A stretch of 64,000 nucleotides of DNA from Alphaproteobacteria bacterium (lineage in GTDB: Bacteria > Pseudomonadota > Alphaproteobacteria > Bin95): assembly GCA_965205265.1 (NCBI GenBank), contig CBDBGH010000003.1, positions 2,944,001 through 3,008,000 on the forward strand, read 5' to 3'. Made by a program: the position numbers and the translations under genes. The notes beneath the pieces were generated by a model that made no database searches, was not told where the DNA came from, and saw nothing but the letters and a program-made list of their open reading frames with translations. Below are positions 29,916 to 40,649 of the stretch, piece by piece (the first letter of the stretch is position 1; each line of letters starts with the position of its first letter).

Positions 29916-31790
29916 TCAGTTCGCCAGCCAGAACCGGTCGGGGCGGAATATGCCGAAATGCGCCCCCGGCTCCCAGTTGTAATAGCCTTCTTCCGGCACG
30001 CCCCTCAGGCGGTCGGACACGACCACGGGCTGGCGGATCCCGCCGACGATTCCCAGCATGAACACTTCCTCGGCGTGAATCTCCAGCATCTCGCGCCAGA
30101 TGCGCCGGCGCTCCTGCGAATCGCGGGCATGGCGCCAGGCCTCGTTCAGCGCGTAGAGCCGCTGCGGCGCTTCCATATCGACCGGTTCGCCCGCCGCGCC
30201 CCGGGTCTCGTGATACTGGCCCCATTTCGGCCATTGCAGTTGTTGCTGGCTGGTGGGGGCGAGCTCGGCCGGGCTCATATCGGCCGAGGCGAGCCCGTTT
30301 TCCCAGCCCGACCAGACCGACATGAGCGCCTGGCCGGAGAAGATGCGGTTGCGCAGCAGTTCGCGCTGGAGCGGCTTGGTGTGCAGCGCGATCCCCAGCT
30401 TCCGCCAGCTGTCGCGGACGAGTTCGAGTATGTCCGTCTCTTCCGTGCTCTCGCCGGCAGTCTCGACGATCAGTTCCGCCGGGCGGCCGTCGGGCAGCAG
30501 GCGGAGCCCGTCCTCGCCCCATCGGAGCCCCGCCTCGTCCAGCAGGACGTTCGCCGCATCGGGATCGTGGGCCGCCCAGCGCTGGCGGACCGCCTCGTCG
30601 TAGAGCGGGCTTCCCGGAAGCAGGCTGTTGTTGCCGGTGAGCGCGAGCCCGAAATAGATGACCTCGTTGACCTCCTCCCGGTAGAGGCCGAGCGACAGCG
30701 CCCGGCGCACCCGGCGGTCCCGGAACAGGGACCGCCAGACGGGGTCGGCGGCGTTCAGGTTGGGATAGAGCGCCGCATGCGCGCCCTTGCCCGTGCGCCA
30801 GAGGCGGACCTTGTAGCCGCCCGGCTCCTCGCCGCGCTTCAGGAAGGTCACATTGTCGAACCTGAGATAGCGCGCCTGGAGGTCGCTGGCGCCGGCGGCG
30901 GTCTTCGCCGGGATAAGCCCGCTCGCGGCAATGTTCATCACCACGCGGTCGATATAGGGAAGCTGGCGGCCGCCGGCGTCCACGCGATGGTAAAAGGGGT
31001 TGCGGGCAAAGAGGAAGCGGTCCGACGGCGGGCGGGTCAACGGAACCCAGGGCTGCAGGGTCGGCAGGTCCGGATTGTCGTTCTTGTACTGGCTGTCGAG
31101 CTTGTTATGCAGCGCGGCCCAGCTTCGCCGGCGCGCCTCCTCCACGGCCCGGGCCAGCGCTTCGGGCAGCGCATGGGCGGCGTGGAAGCGCTTCAGGTAG
31201 TGCGCCGGGCGGTAGATATAGAGCGGCCGCGCCCCAGCAAGTGCGGGCAGGAAACCCGGATTCGGCGCCTCCCAGCTGTAGCGGACCGTCGTTTCGCCCA
31301 GCACTTCGAAGAGAGGCGGTTCGCCTTCGACAAGCATCGCCGCCGGCGGTCCCGTCGGCGAGAGTTCCTCGTTGTTGGCGACATCCTCCCACCAGTAGCG
31401 GAAGTCCTCGGCGGTGAAGGGATGGCCGTCCGACCATTTGTGGCCCGGCCGGAGATGCAGCGTGAAGATGCGGCCGTCCCGGACTTCCACACGCTCCAGA
31501 ATGTCCGGCTCCAGCACGAGCTCCGGCGTGTAGCACAGGAGCCGCGCATAGCCGTAAACAACCAGCTGGCGCGTGTCCTTGGCCTTGGCCATCAGCACGC
31601 GCAGGTCTCCGCCATGCCGGCCGGGCCCGGCTTTCCCGTCGAGATGCGGGACGGCCGGCAGGCGCTGCTCGACTGGAGGCAGCATCCCGGCGCGGACACG
31701 CTCGGCGAGAGACGGCGTTTCGACAGGAGCGGCCAGGGACGCGCCCGCAAACAGGGCGAGCGGCGCCAACAGGACCGCCAGCGGCCTCAC
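29916..31790 (-). CDS. ABC transporter substrate-binding protein, family 5
   Basis: Signal peptide, LPPVEQRLP, KWSDGHPFTAED and QLPYIDRV; GTG overlaps the ATPase stop. Confidence 0.9.
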   Translation of the reverse strand: MRPLAVLLAPLALFAGASLAAPVETPSLAERVRAGMLPPVEQRLPAVPHLDGKAGPGRHGGDLRVLMAKAKDTRQLVVYGYARLLCYTPELVLEPDILERVEVRDGRIFTLHLRPGHKWSDGHPFTAEDFRYWWEDVANNEELSPTGPPAAMLVEGEPPLFEVLGETTVRYSWEAPNPGFLPALAGARPLYIYRPAHYLKRFHAAHALPEALARAVEEARRRSWAALHNKLDSQYKNDNPDLPTLQPWVPLTRPPSDRFLFARNPFYHRVDAGGRQLPYIDRVVMNIAASGLIPAKTAAGASDLQARYLRFDNVTFLKRGEEPGGYKVRLWRTGKGAHAALYPNLNAADPVWRSLFRDRRVRRALSLGLYREEVNEVIYFGLALTGNNSLLPGSPLYDEAVRQRWAAHDPDAANVLLDEAGLRWGEDGLRLLPDGRPAELIVETAGESTEETDILELVRDSWRKLGIALHTKPLQRELLRNRIFSGQALMSVWSGWENGLASADMSPAELAPTSQQQLQWPKWGQYHETRGAAGEPVDMEAPQRLYALNEAWRHARDSQERRRIWREMLEIHAEEVFMLGIVGGIRQPVVVSDRLRGVPEEGYYNWEPGAHFGIFRPDRFWLAN

Positions 31791-33676
31791 GCGGCGAGCC
31801 CGCCGGGCGCGGCGTCTTCCCGGAGGCGGACGAAATGCCCGTCCTCGATCTCCTCGAACACGCCTCTGGCGCCGCCGGCAAGCCGATAGGGGCCGGGCCA
31901 GAGTTCCGGCTTCGAGGCGCGCTCGTCGGCGAGCGCCTTGAAGTCCAGCGGATAGTCGAGGTCGGGCTCCGGCACGGCGGACAGCAGCGCCTCGGTATAG
32001 GGGTGGCGCGGATTGCGGAACAGCACCTCGCGCGGCGCAAGCTCCACCAGCCTGCCGGCGCACATCACGGCGATGCGCTCCGCCATGTAATCGACCACCG
32101 CCAGATTGTGCGACACGAACAGATAGGTGAGGCCGAGCGCCTTCTGCAGGTCCTTCAGCAGGTTGAGAATCTGCGCCTGCACCGAGACGTCGAGCGCCGA
32201 GACCGGCTCGTCGCAGAGCAGCAGCTCCGGCTTGAGCGCTAGGGCGCGGGCGATGCCGAGACGCTGGCGCTGGCCGCCCGAAAAGCTGTGCGGATAGCGG
32301 TTGAGATGGCGTTCGTCGAGGCCGACCAGGCGCATCAACTCGCGCACGATCTCGCGCCGCTCCTCCGGCCCCGCCAGGCGATGCACGACCAGCGGCTCGG
32401 ACACGATGTCGAACGCCGTCATGCGCGGGTTGAGCGCGCTGAACGGGTCCTGGAACACATACTGGATGCGCCGGCGGTAAGGCAGCAGGCTCTTCTGCGG
32501 CAGCCGCAGCAGATCGACCGCGGCGCCGTTGTCGTCGAACAGCACTTCGCCCCGGTCGGGCGTCAGCGCGCGCATGACGATCTTGCTGAGCGTGCTCTTG
32601 CCGCAGCCGCTCTCGCCGACCAGGCCCAGGCATTCGCCGCGCTCGATGCGGAAGCTCACATCGTCCACCGCCAGCACGCCTTCCTCGGCCCCGCCGCCGA
32701 AGAGGCCGGCCTTGCGGCTGCCGTAGCGCTTGGTGAGGCTGCGGACTTCCAGCAGCGGGCGGTCGGCGGGCGCCTGCGGCTCCTGCTCCGCGCGGCTTTC
32801 CCCGGCGAGCAGCCGGCCGGTTTCGGGGCGGACCTCGCGGATCGGGGTCAGCCGCTCGCCCGCGGCCATGTGGAAGCGGGGGACGGCGCGCAGCAGCGCC
32901 TTCAGATAGGGGTGCCCGGCGCGCCGGAAGACATCCTCGGCGCTGCCGGCCTCGACGATGCGGCCGTGATACATCACCACCAGCTCGTCGGCCATGTTGG
33001 CGACCACGCCGAGATCGTGGGTAATCATCAGCACCGCCATGCCGAGCTCGCGCTGGAGGTCCTTGACGAGTTTCAGGATCTGCGCCTGGACGGTCACGTC
33101 GAGCGCGGTGGTCGGCTCGTCGGCGATCAGCAGCGCCGGGCGGCAGATCAGCGCCATGGCAATCATCGCCCGCTGGCGCAGGCCGCCCGAGAGTTCGAAG
33201 GGATAGGTGTCGAGCGCGCGTTCCGGGTCCGGGAAGCCGACCAGGCGCAGCATATCGGCCGTCTCGGCGCGCAGCCGTTTCGCGGTCGTTTCGCTGTGCA
33301 GCCGGAGCGCCTCGGAGACCTGGTCGCCCACGGTGTGCAGCGGCGAGAGCGAGGTCATCGGCTCCTGGAAGATGATCGAGACCGCGCCGCCGCGCAGCCG
33401 GCGCATCCGGCGGCCGTCCGGGTCGAGCGCGGCGATGTCCACCTCGGGCTGGCCTTCGCGCCGCAGGCGGATCGAGCCCGAGCGGATCGCGGCGGCGCGC
33501 GGCAGGATGCCCATGACCGCCTGTGCGGTCACCGATTTGCCGGACCCCGATTCCCCGACCAGCGCGACCGTCCGGCCGTGCGGGATGGAGAACGACACGC
33601 CGTCCACGGCCGTGACCGCCCCGCCCGGCGTGCTGAACTCGACCGCGAGGTTTTCGATTTCCAACAGCGCGCTCAA
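31787..33676 (-). CDS. ABC transporter ATP-binding protein with two NBDs (DppD/F fusion)
   Basis: Two GESGxGKS Walker A motifs, LSGG/FSGGQ signatures and DEP Walker B motifs. Confidence 0.93.
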   Translation of the reverse strand: MSALLEIENLAVEFSTPGGAVTAVDGVSFSIPHGRTVALVGESGSGKSVTAQAVMGILPRAAAIRSGSIRLRREGQPEVDIAALDPDGRRMRRLRGGAVSIIFQEPMTSLSPLHTVGDQVSEALRLHSETTAKRLRAETADMLRLVGFPDPERALDTYPFELSGGLRQRAMIAMALICRPALLIADEPTTALDVTVQAQILKLVKDLQRELGMAVLMITHDLGVVANMADELVVMYHGRIVEAGSAEDVFRRAGHPYLKALLRAVPRFHMAAGERLTPIREVRPETGRLLAGESRAEQEPQAPADRPLLEVRSLTKRYGSRKAGLFGGGAEEGVLAVDDVSFRIERGECLGLVGESGCGKSTLSKIVMRALTPDRGEVLFDDNGAAVDLLRLPQKSLLPYRRRIQYVFQDPFSALNPRMTAFDIVSEPLVVHRLAGPEERREIVRELMRLVGLDERHLNRYPHSFSGGQRQRLGIARALALKPELLLCDEPVSALDVSVQAQILNLLKDLQKALGLTYLFVSHNLAVVDYMAERIAVMCAGRLVELAPREVLFRNPRHPYTEALLSAVPEPDLDYPLDFKALADERASKPELWPGPYRLAGGARGVFEEIEDGHFVRLREDAAPGGLAA

Positions 33677-33701
33677 CGCGCGGTCTCCACAACGCGCGCG
33701 C

Positions 33702-34196
33702 TCAACGCCCCGCCTCGAGATCGACCGGCCAGACGCCGATCGCCTCCAGATTGGCGAGTGTCGTGGGGTCGAGCGCCAGCGCATTTTCCGCCGCCGCCCG
33801 CGCCGCCCGCGCGGCCACAAGGTTGAAGCGGTCGAGATTGGAGTCGATGGTGATCGTCGTCCCGCCGCCCGAGAGCTTCAATTGCATCCAGCCGTGGCCG
33901 CGCTCCTTGCGGGTCGAATAGAAGCGCAGCGCCAGCCGGTCGAGCCCGTCCCAGGCGATCGTGCGGCCAACGGGACCGAGAATCCGTATGCCCGCCGGGT
34001 TCATCTGCACCGTCGAGCGGTGTTTCACCCAGGTCATCACGGCGAAGCCGCCGAACAGCAGCGCCAGCAGACCGAGCAGCCAATTGCCGAAACTGCCGGG
34101 CGGCACCCACGGCATGGGCAGCAGCGCAATCGCCAGGCCGATGCCCGCGCGCGTATAGTCCGGCCAGAGTGTGCGGGCCGGATAACCCAGGGCCAT
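33702..34196 (-). CDS. Hypothetical membrane protein
   Basis: Two hydrophobic helices, RBS GGAGG, co-oriented with the ABC operon. Confidence 0.6.
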   Translation of the reverse strand: MALGYPARTLWPDYTRAGIGLAIALLPMPWVPPGSFGNWLLGLLALLFGGFAVMTWVKHRSTVQMNPAGIRILGPVGRTIAWDGLDRLALRFYSTRKERGHGWMQLKLSGGGTTITIDSNLDRFNLVAARAARAAAENALALDPTTLANLEAIGVWPVDLEAGR

Positions 34197-34641
34197 GCCT
34201 CCGCCTGGCGCCCCTGCTTCCGCCGTCGTCGAGATGGCGCGATCCCCTTCTGCCCCGGACCTTTTCGAGTCTGCGCGATTCCGCCCGCCGCCGCAATTCC
34301 GCCTTCCGACGGGCGCCGGTTCCTGCCCGATCGCCGGCGGAAGGTTGGGCGCCATGTCCTCCGTGAGCCCCATCGTGACGGCGTCCGCCGGCAGCGCCGC
34401 GGTCGAGGCCGGCCTCGACAGCCTGCCCCGAGGCGGTCTTCCGGCGACCCGGTAGCGGAAACGGCAGGGAAGGCGCTCCTCCAGCCCACCCTGCCGTTGC
34501 TTGGACGGCGCAACCGCGCAGCGCCGCCCATGCACACTCTACCAGTGGAGCAGCGAGCCTGTCACCAGCGGCTTCCAAGAAAGCCGACAAGCCGGGGGCC
34601 ACAGCGTTCCCGACCCCGATCTGCAATCTGGCCCCGGTGCT

Positions 34642-35352
34642 TCAGCCCGGCCAGAGCGTCGCGGGGTCCCGCCAGCCGGCGCGGGGATGGGCCGCGACGA
34701 AGCGGGCGAGGTCGCGGAAGAAGGCGAGACCCGGTTCGTCGGCGGCGAGATGGTGGGAGAGGATGCCGGTGGGCTCGTCCCGGTCGGCCGTTCCCAAGCG
34801 GCGGGCGCGGAGATGGGCGGCGATATCGTTCAGCACCTCCGCCTCGCCGCGAAAGCCGCGATGGGTGCGCCAGGCGACCGGATCGACATGGGCGTTGGTC
34901 TCGAACGGGCCCCGGCGCGGACGGAAAACGGAGAGGCCCCGCCAGCCCGCCGCCGGCAGCCGTGCGGCCAGCGCCGGGTCGATCCGGTTCCAGGGCGGCA
35001 CGACGACCGGCAGGAAGCGCCGGCCGTAAAGCGCCCGCAGCCGCTCGCGGCCGCTCTCCAGCTCGGCCAGCATGGTTTCCTGCGGCCTGTGGGGACCGAA
35101 TTCGGCCTTCTTCTCCGCCGGGCCCGCATGGTTTTCGTGCCGCCATCCATGCTGGAGGATCGCGCCCGGCAGGTCGGCGGCGGCTTCCGCCGGGACGACC
35201 GCGAGCGCAAAAGGAACGCCGTCCAGCGCGTCGACCAGCCGTTCCAGCGCGGGCGACCGGGCGGTGGCATCGTCATCGCGCCACCAGAAGTCCGCCGGTT
35301 CCGGCCAGAGGTCGAGCTCGCTTGCCAGCGCCTGCCAGGGGTCAGCGGCCAT
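34642..35352 (-). CDS. Polysaccharide deacetylase-like protein
   Basis: FWWRDDDA, LQHGWRHENH, VPPWNRI and NAHVD. Confidence 0.8.
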   Translation of the reverse strand: MAADPWQALASELDLWPEPADFWWRDDDATARSPALERLVDALDGVPFALAVVPAEAAADLPGAILQHGWRHENHAGPAEKKAEFGPHRPQETMLAELESGRERLRALYGRRFLPVVVPPWNRIDPALAARLPAAGWRGLSVFRPRRGPFETNAHVDPVAWRTHRGFRGEAEVLNDIAAHLRARRLGTADRDEPTGILSHHLAADEPGLAFFRDLARFVAAHPRAGWRDPATLWPG

Positions 35353-36472
35353 CGAGGTCCCGCAACAGCGCGATTGTCGCCGGGATGCCGCCGAGATCGA
35401 TGCCGGCCGCGGACAAGGGCGGGCCGGCGAGCGCCCGGTCGATGGCGGCGGCCAGGCGCTCCGGCGAAAGCTCGTCCTCGGCCACGACCTGCAGGGCGCC
35501 GCGTTCGGCGAGCGCGCCGGCGCGCAGCGTCTGTTCGCTCTCATGCCCGCCCGCATAGGGCGCGACGACGGCGCGGAGGCCGGCGGCCAACACCTCCATG
35601 ACCGTGTTGTAGCCGCCCTGCGAGACGGAAAGATGCGCGCGGCTGAGCAAGGCCTGGAAATCGGGCCGGGCGCGCTCGACGATGACGCCGGACGATGCAG
35701 CGCGCGCCAGCTCGGAAAACACGGCCTCCGGCAGCCCCTCGCCGACCAGGAAGCGCCAGCGGCGGTCATGCGCGGCCGAGAGCGGGCGGGCGGCGAGCGC
35801 GGCGCGCAGCAGCGGCTCGCCAACCGCCCCGCCGCCGGCGGAGACCAGAACCTCGCCCTCGCCGTCACCGCAAGGCGGGGCCTCTACCGGGTCCACCGTG
35901 TAGCCGGTATAGCGCACGAGCGGCGCAATCCCGTCGAGGCCCGGAAAGGTCGCATCGAACGGCACGAAGGCCGGGTCGCCGTGGACCAGCACCAGATCGT
36001 ACCAGCGTTCCACCCGCTCCAGCATCTCGCCGATGCGCTCGGGCTTGTCCGGCTCGACCAGAATGTCGCGCACCGAGGAAACAGTCGTGCAGCCGTCGGC
36101 CTTCGCCCGCGTCAGCAGCGGCTCCAGCTCGAAGCGCAATTGCCGGCGGCCGAAGGGGAAAAGCTCCGTAACCAGGGCGTCCGGCCGGGCCGCCTCATAG
36201 GCCTCGAACAGCGCCGCCCGCCGCCTGTTGCGCCAGGCATCGTCGATGGGCCGGTCCCGCTCGTCCGCCAATTGCTTGAAATAGCGGTCCACGGCGCGCA
36301 CCGGCGGAAGCTGCACCAGCTTCGCCGCGCCGGGGTCGGCGCCGGGCACCGGCAGGCCGCCCGTGGCGACGACCGTTTCGATGCCGGCTGCAGCGGCGGC
36401 CCTCGCCAGCGACAGCGTGCGGCGCAGATGGCCGATGCCGAGCAGGTGCTGAACCCAGAAGAAGACCTTCAT
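35342..36472 (-). CDS. Glycosyltransferase (GT28-like)
   Basis: QHLLGIGHL, TELFPFGR and SQGGYNT. Confidence 0.85.
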   Translation of the reverse strand: MKVFFWVQHLLGIGHLRRTLSLARAAAAAGIETVVATGGLPVPGADPGAAKLVQLPPVRAVDRYFKQLADERDRPIDDAWRNRRRAALFEAYEAARPDALVTELFPFGRRQLRFELEPLLTRAKADGCTTVSSVRDILVEPDKPERIGEMLERVERWYDLVLVHGDPAFVPFDATFPGLDGIAPLVRYTGYTVDPVEAPPCGDGEGEVLVSAGGGAVGEPLLRAALAARPLSAAHDRRWRFLVGEGLPEAVFSELARAASSGVIVERARPDFQALLSRAHLSVSQGGYNTVMEVLAAGLRAVVAPYAGGHESEQTLRAGALAERGALQVVAEDELSPERLAAAIDRALAGPPLSAAGIDLGGIPATIALLRDLDGR

Positions 36473-37056
36473 CGGAAGGCCTGCACATCGAGACAGCGGA
36501 GCCGCAGCCGCCCGCCCGGCGCGACTTCGAACAGATGCGCCGCCGGCGAGGAGAGCGCGCGGGGCGGCCGCTCCCGCATGTCCCATCCGGCGGCGGCGGC
36601 GTAGAGCGCGCGAATCACGCCGCGATGCGCGACCGCGACCGTCGGCCGGCCGCGCCGCGCGACCTCTTCGAGCCAGGGCCCGAGCCGGCGCTGGACCATG
36701 CGCGGGCTCTCGCCGCCGGGCGGCAGGAAGTCGAGCCCGCGCGCCTCGTTCGCCGCCATTGCGGGCCCGAGTTCGGCGCGAAGCTCCGCCAGCCGCCGCC
36801 CCTCCCATTCGCCCCAGTCCATCTCGATGAGCGCCGGCGCGCATGGAACCGCGCCGCCGGCCAGCACCGCCGCCGTGCGCCGCGCGCGGGCAAGCGGGCT
36901 CGCCGCCCAGTCGAAGGAGGAGAAGGCCGGCGGCAGCCTCCAGCCCGCAACCTCCGCCACGCCCTCGGCGTCGAGGGGAATGTCGCGCCGCCCCTGAACC
37001 CGCCTTTGCCGGTTCCAGGCGGTGGGGCCGTGCCGGATGAGGGCGAGCAGCGTCAT
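36469..37056 (-). CDS. Histidine phosphatase (PGM-like)
   Basis: IRHGPT, SPLARA, EMDWGEWEG and VAHRG. Confidence 0.88.
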   Translation of the reverse strand: MTLLALIRHGPTAWNRQRRVQGRRDIPLDAEGVAEVAGWRLPPAFSSFDWAASPLARARRTAAVLAGGAVPCAPALIEMDWGEWEGRRLAELRAELGPAMAANEARGLDFLPPGGESPRMVQRRLGPWLEEVARRGRPTVAVAHRGVIRALYAAAAGWDMRERPPRALSSPAAHLFEVAPGGRLRLRCLDVQAFR

Positions 37057-38096
37057 GCCAGCGCCGCCGCGGCCTGGGGGATGTCGTGGCGCGCGAGCAC
37101 GCGCTTCCTGGCCGCCCTGCCCATTTCGCGGCGCCGGGCCGGGTCCGTCAGCAGCGCCCGCAGGCCGGCGGCGAAGGCAGCCGCATCGCCCGGCGGCGCC
37201 AGCAGCCCCGTTTCCCCATGCGCCACCACGGCCGGCACGCCGTCGGTCGCCGCCGCCACGACCGGCAGGCCGGCGGCTGAGGCTTCCAGCAGCGCCATGC
37301 CGATGGCCTCGCGTTCCGCCGGCCAGACGAAGAGGTCCGCATTGGCCAGGATGGCGGACAATTCGGCCTCGCTCCGCCGGCCGAGCCAACAGGTGCGCCC
37401 GGCCGGCAATGCCGCCTCGACCTGCCCGCGCGCCGGCCCGTCGCCCACCACGAGCAGCCGCCAGGGCAGGTCGTCCAGCGCCGCCAGCGCCGCGCCCAGC
37501 CTGCGGTAGGAGGCGAGCTTGGCGCCCTCGCGCATCATCGCGACCGTCACCAGCAGAGGCGGGTCGCCCCGGCAGGAGGCCGCCCGCCAGGCCGAGGCAT
37601 CCAGAAACGGCGCCAGGTCGATGAGGCGGTGCGGCGAGGTGAGCGGCGCGAGGCAGGTGCGGTCGTTCGGGTTGAGGCAGAAGAGGCGGTCGGCGCGGGC
37701 AATCGCGTCCGCCACCGCGCGATGCCCGATGTCCCAGGGGCTGCCGGCGCGCTTCGGCGCGTGCGAAGCTTCGGCCACCCAGTAGGCCGCGCCGCGCGCC
37801 GCCGCCAAGCGGGGGCCAAGCCAGTCCGGCGCCTTGTAGTAGAGGTGGTAGGTGAACCAGACGTCAAAGGCGGGCAGGCGCGCCTCCAGACGCTCGGCGA
37901 GCCTGCCGCCGAGCGCCCGGATACGTCGCTGGCGGCAGGGGTCGCCCCGCTTGTCCAGCGGGCGGAAGCGCGAGGCGAGGAAAGGGTCGTGGCCCGCCGC
38001 CTCCAGCGCGCGCAGGAAGAGGCGCGCGATCTGCCTTTCGCCCGAAGGGACGGGATGGTCGGGCGGCTTCAGCGGCGCATGGAACGCAATGCGCAT
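37053..38096 (-). CDS. Glycosyltransferase family 4
   Basis: EAIGMALLEA (E-x7-E) and GETGLL. Confidence 0.88.
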   Translation of the reverse strand: MRIAFHAPLKPPDHPVPSGERQIARLFLRALEAAGHDPFLASRFRPLDKRGDPCRQRRIRALGGRLAERLEARLPAFDVWFTYHLYYKAPDWLGPRLAAARGAAYWVAEASHAPKRAGSPWDIGHRAVADAIARADRLFCLNPNDRTCLAPLTSPHRLIDLAPFLDASAWRAASCRGDPPLLVTVAMMREGAKLASYRRLGAALAALDDLPWRLLVVGDGPARGQVEAALPAGRTCWLGRRSEAELSAILANADLFVWPAEREAIGMALLEASAAGLPVVAAATDGVPAVVAHGETGLLAPPGDAAAFAAGLRALLTDPARRREMGRAARKRVLARHDIPQAAAALA

Positions 38097-39301
38097 GTCG
38101 GCGACTCGAAGCGCTCTGCCAGCCGGTCGATACCGGCCTCGAAGGAAAAGGCCGTGCGGACGCGCGCATGGGCCGCCCGGCCCATGGCGGCCCTCTCCGC
38201 CGGGTTGCGGATGAGCGCGGCGAGCGCCGCCGCAAGGGCCTGCGGGTCCTCCGGCTCGACCAGCAGGCCGGTCTCGCCGGCGCGTACGAATTCCGGCACC
38301 GCCGAGACCCGCGTGGAAACCGCCGGCAGGCCCTGTGAGGCCGCCTCCATCAACACATTGGGCAGGCCGTCGCGGTCGCCGTCGGGGGCAACCCGGCAGG
38401 CGAGCGCGAAGAGGTCCGCCTTGCGGAGCTCCTCCACCACCCTGTCCTGCGGCTGCGCGCCGAGGAACCGGGCCGGCAGGCCGGCCGCTGCCCGCTCCAG
38501 CCGCCCGGCGAGCTTGCCGCCGCCGATATGCACGAAGCGCCAGTGCAGCTCCGGCGGCAGCAGGCCGAGCGCCGCGAGCAGCGTGTCGTAGCCCTTCTTC
38601 TCCACCGCGCGGCCGACCGACGCGATGACCACGGGCCGGGCCGGGTCGCTGCCGTCGGGCGCGTCGCGCTCCGGCGGCGGGGGGAAACGGCCGGGATCGA
38701 GGCCGTGATAGACCAGCATCACCCGCTCCGGCACCGCCGCGAGCGCCCTGAGATGCTCCGCGCCTGCGCTCGTGCAGGTCGTGAGCCATTCGCACCCGGC
38801 GAGCTTCTCGCGCTTCTCCCATTCGGGCGTGGTCCAGATGTCCTTGGCATGGGCCGAGCAGGACCAGGGCAGGCCGGTCATCAGGCTCGCATAGCGGGCG
38901 ACCGAGGCGGGCGTGTGCAGGAAATGCACATGGAAGCGCTCGACATCCTCCGGCAGTTCCGCCGCCAGCACCGCTGCCTGGGCGAAGCGCCGGCCCCGGT
39001 TCGGCGTCGGGTCGCGCCGCCAGTCGCGGAGCCAGGCGGCGCGCGCAGCCCGGTAGCCCGGCAGGCGGCGCGCGCGGCGCCATCCTAGCCAGACGCGGCG
39101 CGGCTCTTCATGGACATATTCCGGCAGGTAGTGGACCGGCGCCGCGATCCGCTCGTGCATCGGGTGGTGCGCCGGATCGGTCGGGCGGCGCAGCGAGACG
39201 ATGCGCTGCGCGACCCCGCGTTCCTCGAGGCCCAGGATTTCCTGCGCGATGAAGGTCTCGGAGAGGCGCGGCCAGCCTTTGACGACGGTTGCGACGGTCA
39301 A
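38069..39301 (-). CDS. Glycosyltransferase family 4 (WcaL-like)
   Basis: PRLSETFI, VGRAVEKKG and DGLPNVLMEA. Confidence 0.88.
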   Translation of the reverse strand: MTVATVVKGWPRLSETFIAQEILGLEERGVAQRIVSLRRPTDPAHHPMHERIAAPVHYLPEYVHEEPRRVWLGWRRARRLPGYRAARAAWLRDWRRDPTPNRGRRFAQAAVLAAELPEDVERFHVHFLHTPASVARYASLMTGLPWSCSAHAKDIWTTPEWEKREKLAGCEWLTTCTSAGAEHLRALAAVPERVMLVYHGLDPGRFPPPPERDAPDGSDPARPVVIASVGRAVEKKGYDTLLAALGLLPPELHWRFVHIGGGKLAGRLERAAAGLPARFLGAQPQDRVVEELRKADLFALACRVAPDGDRDGLPNVLMEAASQGLPAVSTRVSAVPEFVRAGETGLLVEPEDPQALAAALAALIRNPAERAAMGRAAHARVRTAFSFEAGIDRLAERFESPTCALRSMRR

Positions 39302-40503
39302 GGCTGCACGAGCCTGAGCGGCTCCACCGCCGGCCGCTCCAGCGCCCGGTCGGTGAGCCGCGCAATGCTCTCCACGCCGTCCATGAGGCCCGGCACGACC
39401 ACCTCGGACGGCCGGTTCTGGAGGGCGAGGCCGCGGATCGCGCCCGCCATGGCGCGGGTGTCGGCAAGGCAGTCGGGGTCGAGCATCCGCACGAGGCCGA
39501 GTTCCTGCGCGCGTTCGGCGCGGATGCGCTGCTCCAGCCGGGGCCGGGTGCGCGGCACGATGACGGCCGGCTTGTCGAGCGAGAGGATCTCGCAAAACGT
39601 GTTGTAGCCGCCCATCGCGACCACGCCGGAGGCCCGCTCCATCAGGGCTTCCAGATGCGCATCGAAGACGAGTGTCGAGACCTGCGGCAGCGCCGCCGCC
39701 CGCCGGCGGAACTCCGCCTGGCGCTCCGAGGGCATGAACGGCCCGAACACCAGCACGGCCCGCCACGGCATCGGGCCGGCATGCTCATAGGCGCGCAGAA
39801 CCCAGTCGATCAGCTCGTCGCCGTCGCCGCCGCCGCCGGCCGTCACCAGCACGAAGGGCTCTTCCGCCGCGCATTCGGCCTCCGGAGACAGCGGCGCGTC
39901 CGGCACGCCGCGCGGCAGATAGCCGGTATAGACCGCCTTGCGCTGCACCGCTTCCGGCAGGCCGAGCCCCTCCAGCGGGTCGCAGATCTGCGGCAGGCCG
40001 TATATCCAGATTTCGTCGTAGAGCCGGGAGAGCGCCGGAGCGACATTCTTGCGCTCCCATTCCGGCGCCAGCATTTCCGGCTCGTCCATCACGTCGCGCA
40101 GGCCGAGTATGAGGCGCGTGCCCCGCTGGCGCAGGATGTCCAGCGTCTCGGCCACCTCGCCGCGCAGGCCGAGCGGCTCCTTGTCCACCAGGAACAGGTC
40201 CGGGTCGAAGATCTCCGCCGTGTGGCGGATGATCGAGGCGCGCATGGCCAGCGTTTCTTCGGGCGCCATGTTGAGGTTGAGCGGCGTGTAGTCGCCGTTG
40301 CGCAGCTTGATCATGCCCGGCACGCGGACGAAATCGACGCGGGTGCGGAAGTCGAAGCTGCCGATGATCGGCGAGCCCGACAGGATCAGCACCGACAGGT
40401 CCCGGCGCCGGCCGACCAGCGCATGCGCGATCGTCCGGCAGCGGCGCAGATGGCCGAGCCCGAAGCTGTCATGGCTGTAGATGAGGATACGCTTGCCTCT
40501 CAT
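39298..40503 (-). CDS. Predicted glycosyltransferase (GT28-like)
   Basis: YSHDSFGLGHLRR, GGGGDG and MGGYNT. Confidence 0.85.
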   Translation of the reverse strand: MRGKRILIYSHDSFGLGHLRRCRTIAHALVGRRRDLSVLILSGSPIIGSFDFRTRVDFVRVPGMIKLRNGDYTPLNLNMAPEETLAMRASIIRHTAEIFDPDLFLVDKEPLGLRGEVAETLDILRQRGTRLILGLRDVMDEPEMLAPEWERKNVAPALSRLYDEIWIYGLPQICDPLEGLGLPEAVQRKAVYTGYLPRGVPDAPLSPEAECAAEEPFVLVTAGGGGDGDELIDWVLRAYEHAGPMPWRAVLVFGPFMPSERQAEFRRRAAALPQVSTLVFDAHLEALMERASGVVAMGGYNTFCEILSLDKPAVIVPRTRPRLEQRIRAERAQELGLVRMLDPDCLADTRAMAGAIRGLALQNRPSEVVVPGLMDGVESIARLTDRALERPAVEPLRLVQP

Positions 40504-40649
40504 GGGATCGACTATTGCACAACTCCCGTTCGGCGCGGAAGCGGAGGATTTGCCGCTTCGCCGATATGTCGTGACGGCGCGCGGCACTTTCAATTGCGTC
40601 GGATAGGCCCATGATGCGCGCCTCCGGTCGAGGCGCGGGAGCAGCCGGC

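Noticed and set aside
29916-33692. 1258-aa apparent fusion
   Set aside because: Only 29916-31790 encodes the binding protein; the rest is an off-frame overlap with the ATPase
34200-34640. Possible gene remnant in the gap between deacetylase and membrane protein
   Set aside because: Only a faint LTEDM resemblance to PIN toxin tails; not enough to call
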